A DNA stretch of 64,000 nt, from NCBI RefSeq assembly GCF_006345805.1, contig NC_043006.1, forward strand, positions 78,058,001 to 78,122,000, written 5' to 3'. This DNA comes from Octopus sinensis. Its lineage: Eukaryota. The notes beneath the pieces are model-generated. The model made no database searches and was not told the DNA's origin. It worked only from the letters and a program-made list of their open reading frames with translations. Each line of letters begins with the position of its first letter. Position 1 is the first letter of the stretch. Position numbers and translations under genes: made by a program. Of this stretch, positions 25,498 to 40,677 are shown piece after piece.

Positions 25498-26380
25498 AGG
25501 TAGCGAGCTGGCAGAATCGTCAGCACACCGGGTGAAATACTTAGCGTAGACTTTGCCTTTCTTCCTTTCGGTGCCGATAAAATATATACCAGATGGACAC
25601 TGGGGTCGATGTAATCGACTCATTCCCACCTCCCCTAAGCTCCCTTGTGGAAAAAATTGAAATAATAATAATTATTATTATTACTACTACTACATTATTA
25701 TTATTAAGACTGCGAGATGGCAGAATCATTAGTACTCCAGGCAAAATGCTTAGCGGTATTTCGTCTGCCGCTACGTTCTGAGTTCCAATTCCGCCGACGG
25801 CGACTTGTCTTTTATCCTTTTGAGATCGATAAAATAAGTACCAGATGAAAACTAGGATCGATGAAATCGACTCAGCACCACCTTCCCCAAGCTGCACTTG
25901 TGGCAAAAATTTGAAATAATTACTTCCGCCTTAGGGCGGTGGAATGGCAGAATCGTTAGCATGCTGGACGTAATGCTTATCGGTACGCCGGGCGAAATGC
26001 TTAGCAGTATTTCGTCTGCCGTTACGTTCTGAGTTCAAATTCCGCCGAGGTCGACTTTGCCTTTCATCCTTTCGGGGTCGATAAATTAAGTACCAGTTAC
26101 TCACTGGGGTCGATATAATCGACTTAATACCTATGTCTGTCCTTGTTCGTCCCCTCTATGTTTAGCCCCTTGTGGGCAATAAAGAAATAGGTATTCCGTC
26201 CACCGCTACGTTCTGAATTTAAATTCCGCCGAGGTCGACTTTGCATTTATCCTTTCGGGGTCGATAATTTATGTAGCAGTGAAAGAGTGGAGTTGATATA
26301 ATCGTCTAGTCCCCTACCCACCGATTTGAAATCATGTGGTTCCAGTAGAAAGGATTATTATTATTATTATTATATTTCCG
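25140..26380 (+). mobile_element. head-to-tail stack of about 5 CORE-type SINEs separated by ATT/GGT/TAG trinucleotide tracts
   Basis: Repeated (GGCGAGCTGGCAGAATCGTTAGC)...TCTGAGTTCAAATTCCGCCGAGGTCGACTTTGCCTTTCATCCTTTCGGGGTCGATAAA. Confidence 0.85.
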
Positions 26381-27194
26381 TTATATTTTATTCATTACTG
26401 TATTGTCCCCACAGAGAAATCAACACCAACCGTGTCTTCGAAATTAGTTTGACTTCTTCTCCTGGAAACTAGAAACTATACTCTTAACATGATGATTGTA
26501 TGTTTTTTTCCCATTGATATTTACGTTTTGCACATTTGAAATACTATGACATTTTCTAAATTGAAGATTGATATCCATTACAATCTCTTGTGACTTCACA
26601 AACTGTAATAGATCGATTCAATGAGAAAAAATAAGTACGGCGTAAAAGATAGAAGTTAGCAAGTGATTCTAACGACCTTAAATACTTACATTTAATAAAG
26701 CGAACTAGATGTCTTTTTAGAGATTTTCTTACTCATATTTCAAGCTCTGAGTGTCGTCTTAGTTAGTTACTTCATATTTTAAGCCCTTTGATACTTTCAC
26801 ACTATAAAGTGATATTTATTTATTTATTTATTCATTTTTATAATATAATATATATAGGCATTTTATATGGCGCGGTAATTTGAGAATTAGTGTACAAAAT
26901 GCATTAAAATATAATGTGATATTTATCAGATTATATCCTGCCAATAAGCGTCAAGCTGGAAATATCAAAGTTTCTACTGCTAGGTCTGAACCATGAACAT
27001 TGAAATTATTCTATTTACAATATTTTTCAATATATTTTAAAATATTAACTATATTTACAAGGAAAATTGAAAGTAATATACAATAGTAAATTTTTAGGAA
27101 TATGAATTCCGTTGGAACTATAAATGAAATGCGAAAGACGTGTATAAGAAAATAAGAAAAAAATTAATAAGTATTGGATTCGGTTTAAGAAAAT

Positions 27195-27375
27195 ATGGGT
27201 TTCAAATTTTGGCACTATGTCAGCGGTCTTGGGGAAGGGGCTGAGTCAGTTACATTGACTGCAATGATCAACAGGTGCTTATTTTATCGACCAGGAAAAA
27301 TTAAAAGGGTAAGTCGATCGTGGCGGGATTTGAAGTTAGAATGTTCAAAGGGACGAAATGCTGCTAAAAGTAAAA
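27195..27375 (-). mobile_element. degenerate CORE-type SINE
   Basis: Reverse complement of core and TTTGAAACC tail. Confidence 0.6.
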
Positions 27376-28415
27376 GTGTCTGAACGTGTTAATCGAAACA
27401 GTTAATTCTATAGTATTTGTGCTTTATGCATTTTGGATCTCAAATACAATATGCATAAATTGGAAAACCAAACTACTGCTATATAATTTAGCTAGAGATT
27501 CTTCAGATCGATTTAGCTTGATGCATTGGATTGGGGAAATATATTCTTATTGTGAAGGACATTGTTAGTTGCTAGAGGTTGGGATTGATTAGTGGTGAGA
27601 CATAGTAACAATGACTGTTTGAGAGTGAGGGATGAAAATGCTTTGTGTGGAGACATACTAACCATCAGATAAGAAATCTATAAGGAAAAGATAGATTTCT
27701 AGCAAAGTTTAAAATTGCATAAACACTCGGATTTTAAAGCTTACTGAGCTTAAATATTATAATAATCAGTGCATTCATTAAATTAGAAAATCAGGGTCTT
27801 GCAGGGGAGTATTAAATATTTGCTCGTCTTGTGCACCAGGAAATATCGATTTTTTTTTTCTGTTTCTCATTCAATCATTTGGTCCATAACTCAAAACGGC
27901 GTAAGAGATGAAGAAGATATACAAGTGTGTGTGTGTGCACGTATGCGTGTGTATGCGTATGCGTGTTGTGTGTGGGTGTGGGTGTGGGTATGGGTGTGGG
28001 TGTGGGTGTGGGTGTGGGTGTGTGTGTGGGTGTGGGTGTGTGTGGATGTGTGGGTGTGGGTGTGGTGTGTGTGTGTGTGGTGTGTGTGTGTGTGTGTGTG
28101 GGTGTGGGTGTGGGGGTGTGTGTGGGTGTGTGTGTGGGTGTGTGTGTGGGGGGGGGGAATTTAAATTATACCGTCACCTCTGAACTACTAGCATCCAGGA
28201 TCTTTATTTCTTCTTGCTTGTAGCGTACATTTAATGTAAACAATGCACTGTGAATCAATGCTTTGACTAATGTACTCACCAACACACGCTTTCCTTTCGT
28301 TATGTTTTATGCATATCCTTTTTTTACTTTTTTTATTTTTGTTTAAAGTAACTTTATGTAATTTTCGGTGCCCTAGAATTCTGAAAATCAGAAAATACCG
28401 TTGGAATTTGCAAAA

Positions 28416-28466
<51 letters not shown>

Positions 28467-28671
28467 GTGTGTGTGTGTGTGGTGGGTGGGCATGTGTGTG
28501 TTTCAAGTAAGGGTGGATGAGTATGTACTTATAGGCGCATGGACGGTGGTGTGTGAGTTTTATCATGGCTACCGAATAATTGTCGCATATTACATTTACA
28601 TATACATCTGTTTAATGCTTTTGTGATCAATAATGATTAGCCTTTGTCGCTTATTTTTATTCGATTCATTT

Positions 28672-28703
<32 letters not shown>

Positions 28704-28889
28704 CCGTTTGTTTATACATTACTTAATGATATTTTGAAATACTTTTAATTAGTATTACTTACTTGGGTATAGTCTAACATTTTGTCAGTTATTTTAGGCT
28801 CCGTTTGTTTTCCTTATTCCCTATGTTTTTGGATAGATTTCGAAGTAGTGTTTTATCGCTCTCACATGTTAAACGTTATCATTATTATT

Positions 28890-28924
<35 letters not shown>

Positions 28925-29760
28925 TATTATTATCATTGTTGTTGTTGTTTTTGCTGTTGTCGACATAGCTGGAGGTGTGTTTTTGGAGCGCTGTAAGTTT
29001 ATGACTACTTCACTTGTTTAACCCATGCGAGACATTGCTCCGGCTTTTTTTTTTATCTAATGAGGCCACACAAAGACACTAGTGCCAACGAGCTCGCGTC
29101 TGTTTACTCTCACCGTTACAATATCATGGCGTCGTACATATACGTCACCGGTTTATGAAAACGAACTATGTGTAGCTATTTATCATAATATGATATGCAC
29201 GAGTTATTCTGCTCAAGTTCAAAAAATAGCTTGCGTGTGGTACAACTCAAAGCACGGATGTAAAGAATCCACATGTCATTGGTCTTCTGCTAGTCTCATA
29301 ACTTGAACCTAACCTAAAATTGTTAAGATAATGCACGAGAAGGCGAGCGCGTGCACCTCAAGAGATAAAGTACACGATATCGAATGTAAGCATACGTCAA
29401 CAGCTAAAAAGTCCGTGATAGATGTAGGACAGCTTTACATCGTATATTTACGTTCACCGCGGGTAGGTAAGCAAAAGTGTGATCGCATATTTGCGTCAAC
29501 CGTTGTCAAGGGTTTAAAAGGTTCTATACTGTATTTTGTTGCTTAAATCGTTTTCAAGCCATCTGCCCTTCTGGGGCGGTGGAGAAGCCACATTTTGGGG
29601 GTAATACAAATCTTTATATTTTTGAAATTTCTTCGAAAATTTGCTTCGAAGAAAATAAACATTGAAAATGGCGACAAAAAGCGGGAGTAAGGAAGGAAGA
29701 TGGTACGGCAATTTGCTCGAGGATTTCCCCGTCCTCCCCGCCATGATTGGCAGAAGATAA

Positions 29761-29820
29761 CAAGAAGAAGAAGAAGAAGAAGAAGAAGAAGAAGAAGAAG
29801 AAGAAGAAGAAGAAGAAGGA

Positions 29821-29896
<76 letters not shown>

Positions 29897-29897
29897 A
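29761..29897. repeat. (GAA)n(GAAA)n microsatellite
   Basis: Directly visible. Confidence 0.95.
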
Positions 29898-29919
29898 GGT
29901 GAGAGGAAGGAAGGTGTAA

Positions 29920-31140
29920 TGTCTTCCTTACTACATGGGAACTGTAGTAACACGAAGAACAACATTGAAAGCAATTACTGCGAAGAGACAAACAAAAATG
30001 GAGTTAGCGGCGAGTAAAAGACTTTTGCAAATATCACGACAGCTAAGAAATTGGTCAACATCTCCAGGCAGCAAAATATATGAAGATGAATGAAAGGAGA
30101 GAAGAATTGGCGCCTCCAAGCAACGTGCTTAAAGCAACAGCCAAACGGACAGTTGTCTACAGGTGTGTGAACACAAAAACAAAGAAACTCGAAAATGCTA
30201 AACGCGATCAAGTGGGAAAAGCCTTGAAAGACAGATCCACCGCATTGCGAGAACGAGGCAATGACGTGGAGTAGGGGTCCTTTTTAAGACCAAGTGGCAG
30301 GCGATACAAAGCCTGGTGACCACGCATGGCATCGAGGAAATTGCTCCCTTCCCAACGTACATGGGAAGAAGAGCGGTACGAATTACGATGCTAAGGTTCC
30401 CATCAGGCCTGGATTTATGGTGGATTCTCACTTGTATTTGTACGAACGGGGAGAGAATTTCCTGGAAGCTAAATGATTGAGGAAGGAGAACTGGGTTGGA
30501 ACTACTTTGGAGGTTCCCCAATTGAAGCCAGTGAACTTAGTGAAAGCTCTAGACCTGGTTTCCCTCTCAAATAGAGTAAACCTAAGTGTGAACGTGGAGC
30601 GAAGAAGGCCGATGTGCCACGATTGTGGTTCCACAGTCGGTTTCAAAGCCCACAGAACCAGAACAGAAGGGCCGAAAGAAATGTCCAAACAAAACACCAC
30701 AACCCACGTGTCTACAAAAAAAAGCAGCAACAGCAACAAAAAGGCAAGGGAATAGAAAAAGAAATTGAACCCAAGGAGATAAAACAAGCAGATGTTGCAG
30801 TAAAGGTGGCAGTGGGAGTAGCACTAGCAACAGAGGTGGAAGGTACAGTAACAGGAGTATGAACAACTCTACTACTACAAGTGAACCAGAACAAACAACA
30901 CCAGAAGAAAACATGCAAGACACGGACTCCTCCAAGAATCCAAGTGACGATGAGCGGGGAAGCTTAAAAGGCAAAACAAAACAAGTGACACAGAAAAAAA
31001 GGGAGAAATCCAAGAAACGACAAACCCAAACACACTAAAGACGACACCAACACTACAAACACCACAAACACAAACACCATTACAAACACCCACAACAGAA
31101 TCAAAAACACAACAAACTTTTAAAAGAAATGGCACTACAA
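29920..31140 (+). pseudogene. LINE ORF1-like (gag-like, zinc knuckle) remnant
   Basis: PTYMGRRAVRITMLRFPSGLDLWWILTCI...NVERRRPMCHDCG then Q/T/K-rich tail; homologous to 38410-39420. Confidence 0.55.
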
Positions 31141-32549
31141 CAACAACTATCCGTGCTGACGGAATTTCGTGCTAGTGAGGAGGGTCAATTAAAAGCTGAT
31201 GGCTCTCATAGCAGAAAACGGAAACATTGAAATAGAGTGGGTGATCTACAGCCCCGACACTTTTAGAGTATCAGAGAACCTAATGATGTTGCAAATGACA
31301 TCAGAGACCTATACAAGCATCAAGCGGAGTTACCCAGTAGATGGCGGGTACTTTCCTCTTTTATTGTTTCTTTAATTTCTCGAGGAGTTACTCGATCAGC
31401 CTTTGTCGATATGCAAGTTATCTTCCTGTTCAGTGATAACTGTTAAATGAATGCAGCAACTTCAAGGAAAATCGTTATTCACTTTTCCTTACTTTTTCTA
31501 AACCACCACCTATAGTTAGCTTTACTATAAACTGTAACTGCCAACAGTCGGGCGTTTGTTTGTGTGTAGGAAGTAATTTTTTTTGTTGTTTCTTCTTGGT
31601 TTCTTTGTTTGTTTGTTTGTTTGCTTGGTTGTTGTTTTTGACCGACTGATCAGTTGGCATCTTAGTTGCGGCTACTTTAATGCAGAATTCGAAATAAACA
31701 AAAAAAAAACAAAACGTTTTCATAGATGTAAAACGCATTTACACATATACATAAATAGACTTACTGACAGACAGTCAGTGATCTTATCTTAAAGTGATCT
31801 TAAAGCCTGCATCTGACCGGTATATTTAGCTAGATGGCAGTCTGGAGCACAAATAGCCAAGTCAGAAGCTGAACGGAATTGACAAATCTGGGAGGATATT
31901 ACCAAATATATCATCAGAACTAATGAGACCATATTGTATTGTCTAATACTTTTTATGGCGTTCTTTCCTCTTTTACTTTACTTTTTTTATCTGGGTATAC
32001 AAAAGAGTAACTGTTTAAAAGAAATTTTTCCCTCCGTTTAATTATGTTTCGACTTACGTGTCATATATTAACACAATCGCCTTCACTCGTAAGCAAGTAA
32101 GACTTGATAACAGTTTCATTGCTCCTCGTTTTAGGTATGTACCCGCTAGCGGTCATAGTCACCCACTTGACTTTCAAAAGCATTAACCTAACGAAACATC
32201 GTGAAGACAAGGCTGCACCAGTAGTTAATCATTTTCGCTAGAGTTGTCTCTAGCAGTATAAAATAAAGCGATTTACTCAAAGACACAGCGCACTTTCGAA
32301 TCCAGGAACAGAAGCCACGACAATATGTCTGTGCACCCACCGTCCTAACTACTACGTACGCACTTTCATAACCTGATTATAATATCTGTTTCAAATTATG
32401 GCACAAGACCGGAAATTTTGCTTATTGCAGAAACGGTGTATTGCAAGGACGTAAACAATTCAAAATCGATTTCCAAGCAGTGGGGTGAAACACAAAGACA
32501 TACGCGCAAAGAATTATGCATACATACAGACATAATTATACGCACGCAC

Positions 32550-32593
<44 letters not shown>

Positions 32594-33648
32594 TCAATAT
32601 ATATGAGTGTATGTATAAATATTAATTATAGATATAAATATTCAATATATGTGAATGTATGTATAAATATCAATGATATGTATATATATATATTAATTAT
32701 ATATCAATAATGTTAATAAGCTAACTTGTTTGTTTTTGCACATACCAGATGTGTGTGTCACACTTACTTCAAAGAAGTGGCAAAGCGAGAAAGAGGAGGA
32801 CAGAGAGGAAGTAAGAGAGAGAGAGAGAGATAGAGAAAGAAAGAAAGCGAGATTGAGAGAGAAAGTGAGGGAGTGAGATAGAAAGAGAGAGAGAGAGTGA
32901 AAGAGAGAGTGTGTGGTGACGGCGTTCGTTTTGTGTTTTTAAATGTTTATCACAATGCAAGAGAATTAGATACATGAAAACATACATTATTAAATCAAAA
33001 GCGGGAGAGGAGAAGAGGGACACAAAGGAAGTGAAAGAGAAAAACAGAAAGTGAGAGATGCAGTAGATTCATAAATCCAACGAACAGTTCATACATAGAT
33101 TCATAGACGTAGCAAATATTCGACGTCAATTTCACTTTTCATTGCCACACGAGGATAAAATTAACTCACAAATGGCTGAGTACACCACAGCCATGCATAA
33201 CATTAACGTAGTTCTCGGGGAGCTTCAGCCTCACACAGAATATGACAAGGCTGGCCAATAATAAGTGTCGCTTGGTGGAAATAAATGCAAAGTACCAAAC
33301 TTTCATTTATAAATAAATTTATTATTTCGTTCTTTTGCATTTCAATTTATACATTTGTGCTCCTGATTATGTACAAGCACATATGTAAAACGACAATTTA
33401 GCCGTTCAGCCGAAGAGACTGATAGAATAAGCACCAGATTTACAGGGAATAAATCCAGGGGTCAATTTCTCCAACTAAAGGGTGGTGCTCCAGCATTGCC
33501 ACAGACAAATGACTGAAACAAATAAAAGAATCAAAGAATACCAGGATAACGTTCCGTACCACTAAACCCAGAAGATTCCTTGAATATGTACGATGCATTT
33601 TCAGCTTAAATAGTAATTCCGTTTATTTATTATACACACACACAATAT

Positions 33649-34020
33649 AGACGCAGGAGTGGCTGTGTGGTAAGTAGCTTGCTTACTAACCACATGGTTC
33701 GGTTTTAGTCCCACTGCGTGACACCTTGGGCAAGTGTCTTCTACTATAGCCTCGGGCCGACCAAAGTGGATTTGGTAGACGGAAACTGAAAGAAGCTAAT
33801 CGTATATATATACATGTTTGTGTGTCCCCCAACATCGCTTGACAACCGATGGTGGTGTGTTTACGTCCCCGTAACCTAGCGGTTCGGCAAGACAGAACGA
33901 TAGATTAAGTACTAAGCTTACAAAGAATAAGTCCTGGGGTCAATTTGCTCTACTAAAGGCGATGCTCCAGCATGGCCGCAGTCAGATGATTGAAGCAAAT
34001 AAAAGAATAAAAGAAAAAAG
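33649..34020 (+). mobile_element. SINE family A
   Basis: Head and tail match; tail fragment also at 33420-33540. Confidence 0.9.
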
Positions 34021-35739
34021 AAAACACACACACACAAGCCGAGCTTCTTTCAGTTTCCATCCGTAAAATTCACTCATAAGGCATTTTTTCGGACTGTAGC
34101 TATACTGGAAGTCGAAATTATCTGGGATGCCACTAAGCATTCCTGTAATCCTGCCCACTGTGCCGCACAGTAGGATTCAGCCCAAGACAGCATTACGTGA
34201 AGTAAGCGTCTTAACACAGAAGCCACGCCTACGCTATTTGTTCAAATTATGTGCGTGCGCCCTTCTGTATGTGTGTGTACGTGTGTGTGCATTTGCGCAC
34301 ATATTTCACTCTCTCTCTATCTTTCTCTCTCTCCTCCCCTCTCTCTCTCTCTCTCTCTATCTTTCTCTATCTCTCCTCCCCCTCTCTTCTCTCTCTTCTT
34401 CTTCATACACGAAAGCATATACAATAGTATTACCGTCACTGGCATGCAAGTATGACCTAGGATACATACTACGTTTTCCACTTGGATAACATCAGTGGTG
34501 TGGAGAGGGGAGGCTGGCATGCATGGGCGACTGCTAGCCTTCCACAAACAATCTTGCCCTGACTTGTGCCTCGGAGAGTAACTTTCTAGGTGCAATCCCA
34601 TGGTCATTCATCACCGAAGGGGGTCTCCTCCTCCTCATAATAGTAAGGAACAGATATAGATACCGTATCGGCTTTCCTAACCTTGAACTAACTGAATATC
34701 GAAGATGCCATAGCTGTCAAGAGAGGATTGTTTTGGTATGTAGTTATTTCACCACAGTGGAAGACAGAAACATGTAAAAGCATCAAATTAAAATCACCAT
34801 TTGCGTATCATATGAATTGGGAAATTGTCTCAAATAAAACATTTTTATAGACTTACGTTAAAAATGCAATATATGCGGGGGCGAGAGGGACATTGTTGCT
34901 GCAGTGACTAACTGGAATGAGAGTTTCAGCGCTGTTAAGGCTTGGCAATGCCTTACACTCGATTGTCATCTGCGATGAATATTATGGCATAGGCCAGATT
35001 GTGCGATTACGAATTTCGATCTACGCAATCACTTGGCGTCAGTCCCACTGTGCGACAAATTAGGTCACTTCTACAGTATTTCCAATGTCCTGTGAGTAAC
35101 TTTGGTAGATGGAATCAGTGTGGAAATCCGACATTATACACACACGTGCACACACACATACACACACATGCACAAACACTGTGTGTGTGTGTGTGTGTGG
35201 ATATCGTTATCTGTAGTGATCTCGCGGAGTCACTTGGCCGTGCGTATGTCTTTGTATGTGTTTATCACACACCACCTGACAGCCATTGTATATTTGTACC
35301 AGTTCAGAAATTATGTAGTAGATTTGTAGCGACCCAGAAATTAAGCAGTAGATTCAAAAATAGACACAGGAGGCGGCTTGATCGAATGGAAATGCACCAA
35401 AGCTGTGCTATACCATTGACCCTGTCTCACAATTACGAAAAATTAGCTCTTCAACCCACTAACGCAATTCATCTGAGAGAAAACAATTCCAGTATAAAAT
35501 CTACAGCTTGCTGGTCACTGCAGCCCTCTTAGCCAGCTGAGCCTCAATAGTCAGACTTCCATGTTTAAATAGTGAGACTGGATTGCACAGACTGACTCTC
35601 ACTTCAACAAAAAAAAAGACGCAGGCACGAAAGACAAGCCGTGCATGGTCAAGAAACGATTTACATAGCCATTTCAAGGCAAACTGCCCCTAATTAGGAT
35701 CTTCCAGCACGAAGAAACTGACACCACATCACATGTATA

Positions 35740-36263
35740 CAGGGGTTGGACAAAATAAGGGAAACACCTAGCATCATAGCATCATAATTTTAATATATCT
35801 ATAAAAGGGTCAACAGCTTGTTTATTTTTATGGTTTTTTAAAAATTATTATTATTATTGCTTAATATGTTTTGCTAGAATTGGTGCTTCCTTTCAGATAT
35901 CATCAGAAAGAGGTAATTAAAATTCAATAAAATACAGATCTATCGGACTTTCAAAGAGATAAAACTGTTAGTGCTCGTATGGCAGGCGCTAGCGTAACGA
36001 ACACAGCCGAAATGTTTGGTGTATCAAGAAGTGTTTGGTGTAACAAGCAAGAAGTCGATATCCTCCACCATCATCACTTCAAGAACTAGAGACTGTCTTA
36101 GCTGAAGAATGGACAAAAATTCCTTTGGAAACAATTCAAACTTTGTACAAGTCTATACCTCGTAGAATTCAAGCTGTAACTACTGCCAAAGGCAGTCCTA
36201 CCCCGTATTAAAATAAATTTGTTTGAAATTTTAAGGTGTTTCTATTATTTTGTCCAAACCCTG
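35740..36263 (+). mobile_element. internally deleted Tc1-like element
   Basis: TA TSD; 30-bp TIRs CAGGGGTTGGACAAAATAAGGGAAACACCT (3 mismatches); keeps N-term (DLSDFQR...GARMAGASVT.TAEMFGVSRS) fused to C-term (LQELETVLAEEWTKIP...PRRIQAVTTAKGSPTPY*). Confidence 0.92.
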
Positions 36264-36299
36264 TATATCGTATTCCTTTACCTTTTACTTGTATCTGTT

Positions 36300-36489
36300 A
36301 TTGGTGCAAAAAATAGTACTGGAATACCGGAGGAAGGGTAATATGCCTTATTAATAAAAGACATCACAAAAACTGTTCCTCAAAGTTTCACGTTCCCATT
36401 CATTCGGACAGTTTTGGTTGAGAAACTGTTCAAAACTGTCCGATGAAAGGAGGCGTGAAACTCTGAGTAACAGCTTTTGTGATGTCTTT
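36300..36489. mobile_element. fold-back element with a hammerhead-like motif on each strand (family of 59138-59370)
   Basis: Imperfect arms 36356-36416 / 36431-36489; CTGT-CCGATGA-AAGGAGGCGT-GAA-ACTCTGAGT-A-ACAG; flank homologous to 59303-59345 in reverse. Confidence 0.7.
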
Positions 36490-36506
36490 GCAGTTTTGTT
36501 GATAAA

Positions 36507-36582
<76 letters not shown>

Positions 36583-36640
36583 CCGTTATTAAAAAGTACA
36601 GACACCCATGTACACGTCCGTGAACATAGATGAACACGAA

Positions 36641-36711
<71 letters not shown>

Positions 36712-37284
36712 TACACACAGAGTCACACTAAAACTGTGATTTTGTGAATAAGCCTGCACGACTGTGAATGTATTCGTGTATGTGCGAGTTATCATTTGAC
36801 ACACTCAAATCTTCTATGGACAACATCTACACTGATAAATATGAATACACCTTTTCTTTGAACAAATAGAGGCTCCTATTAATAGAGTTGGCATCGGAGT
36901 ATCTCTGCATCAAAATCTCTAACGCTGGGAACAGTTATATTGGCTGAGACTCAAAAAAGAAAAAAAATAGTAAGTTATGTTATTTCAACTGGAAATACGA
37001 AAAGAAATCTCCCGTCTTGTTGGTTTGGTGATGCTATTTCGTTTAGAATGATCTACTATTTCCTATGTCTCTGGTTACAGAAGAACCATAGATAATATTG
37101 AAGTAAAAATTCAAACAGGGTCTTTTGCTTTGTTGTGTTCCCTTTTTCTATACAGTGTTCTCTCTTCCACTGCTCGTTCTTTATTCGTTCTTCTTTTATC
37201 CCTCTTTCACTCCCCTTCTTTTACGCCCCATCTTTTTTTCTCTCCCCCATTCTCTTTCCTTCTTTTACATCACATTCCCCTCTT

Positions 37285-37320
<36 letters not shown>

Positions 37321-38079
37321 CTAGGCTTCTGGCTGTAATATTACGTCAAGAACTATGTTGTTTAGAGTTTGTTAATTGGCATTTTTGTCTGTTTTCGAGC
37401 TAAATCCTTTTATTTTTTTTAAGTATTAAAATATAAAAGGAAGCATACTAACTACTAACGCATAGTCTCATTAACTTGTTATCATTTCGTCCTGAAAATA
37501 TATCCTAACATCGCTGGCAGTGTATGTTTCTGTATCAAAATATTCAAGACGAATTACAACAAGAGGAACAACAGTAAAATCCAAGAAGACGACGATGACG
37601 ACGACAACAATAACAATAATAATGATTTCCGATTCACGCTTAAGACCAATGATTTTGAGGAAACAGGATTGATCAATAACATCGATCTTAGCATTTAGAC
37701 AAGTATGTTGTTCTGTCTGGAGGGTTCAAAAACTAAGCTGGTTTCTGTGGGATTTGAATTCGGAATATACGACAAGGTGCTGAAAAGGTCGGTGCTTTAA
37801 GGATATTGCGAAAGGTCAGGCTGGAGGCTCATCCTTCCGAGTTCTTTTACAGGGCTTAGAAAAACTGAAGGACCGCTGCGATAAGTGTGTGAATCTGAGA
37901 GTGGAATATCTTGAAAAAAATCCTAATTAATGATCGTCCTGTATTTTCTTTTACCCAAAGGCAGGAACGTTTCAGCATCCACCCACTCGGTATTTTGTCC
38001 AAAGCTCGAATAATTCTACAATTCCATCGTCCTATTATTATAATTATTGGTGTTGTCACCATTGTTATTATTATTGCTG

Positions 38080-38270
38080 AGAAACTTTCTGCGGTATTTC
38101 TTCCGTCTTTACCTTCTGAGTTCGAATTCTGCCAAGGCCGACTTTACCTTTCATCCTTTCGAGGTCGATAAATTAAGTAACATATGAACACTGGGGTCGA
38201 TGCAATCGACTCACCCATCCTCCAAAATTGCTGCCCTTTTGGTAAAATTTGAAACCATTATTATTATTAT
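38080..38270 (+). mobile_element. CORE-type SINE followed by (AGT)n/(AGC)n tract to 38420
   Basis: Core motif GCCTTTCATCCTTTCGAGGTCGATAAATTAAGTA. Confidence 0.8.
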
Positions 38271-39420
<1,150 letters not shown>

Positions 39421-39429
39421 TGAGCAAAT

Positions 39430-40290
39430 CCCATTCCTATCGTTACGTATGATAGTTTTAAATTTCCTCATAGTTCCTTTATATTCTGATCCTTTCTCTT
39501 TGGCTGCATCCTGAGAAATGTATGCGGTATACGAAGTGTTGTATGTGTCTCTTTAACTCTGTAGGGTCGCAAATGCCGGACACATTTCTAATTACTCTGA
39601 TGAAGCCTGCCATCAGTATATTGAATTTGGCATTGTCCGCGATAGCTGAGTTCCAGTGGATCAGGTATTTGGAAGCCATGGGTTTAGCATAGTGTGAATG
39701 GAGGATTTGGGTTTTATTATTCACTGTTTCCAGCCAGAGTTCTATATCTAGTACTTGTTATCTATGGTTAAGATGTTTCTTACGGTAGTCTATCATGTCC
39801 TTAATACTCTGGTGGATGGAGTTAGCTATTTGATGGTTGCTCTCAATAGTATTAGTTTCTATTTCTATTTCAAGGGTACTCGCTTGTTGGGGTACCTTTA
39901 CCACTATGTTGATATCATCGACGTAGCTATAGTATATGTTCAAAAGTATGGAGTTCTGTGCTAGGCATTCTTTAAGCCTCCTTGGCCACATCACCGGCCT
40001 GGGCGTAAATTTTGTTGATAAACATGTGGCTCTTTAGGGTAACTCTTATACTAGCTCCTACTGCATATGCGATCATTTTCTTTGGTTTTCGGGGTCCGCA
40101 TGGCTCTGATCCATCCACCGCTCCATCTCTCTATAGGGGTCTTCCTAGCTGTGGTTGTGATTGTAGGGGTCTACCTCTTAAACGTCTACTGGGACAGAAA
40201 CTTCTAAGGTCATATTTGTTTAGATATTCATTGTCATATTTCAGTCAAAGTAGGAGGCCCAGTTCCTCTGTGTTGACACTGTGCAACTCC
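39430..40290 (-). pseudogene. Penelope-like element reverse transcriptase remnant
   Basis: IAYAVG..IRVTL; YYSYVDDINIV; ILHSHYAKPMASKYLIHWNSAI...K.NIL...R..RN.S...FSG thumb; frameshifts. Confidence 0.8.
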
Positions 40291-40439
40291 ACTTCACTCT
40301 CACTGATCATTTCCACTGCAAAATCCATGTATGTATGTATGTATTTTTTGCAAGTATTGTTAACACTAGCAATCTCAAAATAAAGCAGTGTATGTATATA
40401 TACATATATATATCTATGCATGTATATATATGTATGTAT

Positions 40440-40525
<86 letters not shown>

Positions 40526-40646
40526 GCACCGGGATTCTTTTAGTCACCCTTTACCAAATACACTCAGAAGGAGTTGGTCAGGATGTCGTGCAGTGCGACC
40601 GAACCTGGAACCATGTGATTGGGAAAGAAGCTTCTTACCAGACGTG

Positions 40647-40677
<31 letters not shown>

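Noticed and set aside
29018-29517. piggyBac-like MITE (TTAA-CCC ... GGGT-TTAA)
   Set aside because: Terminal similarity beyond a few bases is too weak to call TIRs
36100-36145. CTGAAGA...GAAA hammerhead-like match
   Set aside because: Inside Tc1 coding sequence; stems I and II do not pair. Similar failed matches at 8985, 18280, 27497, 35900, 46262, 49915, 51928, 54432
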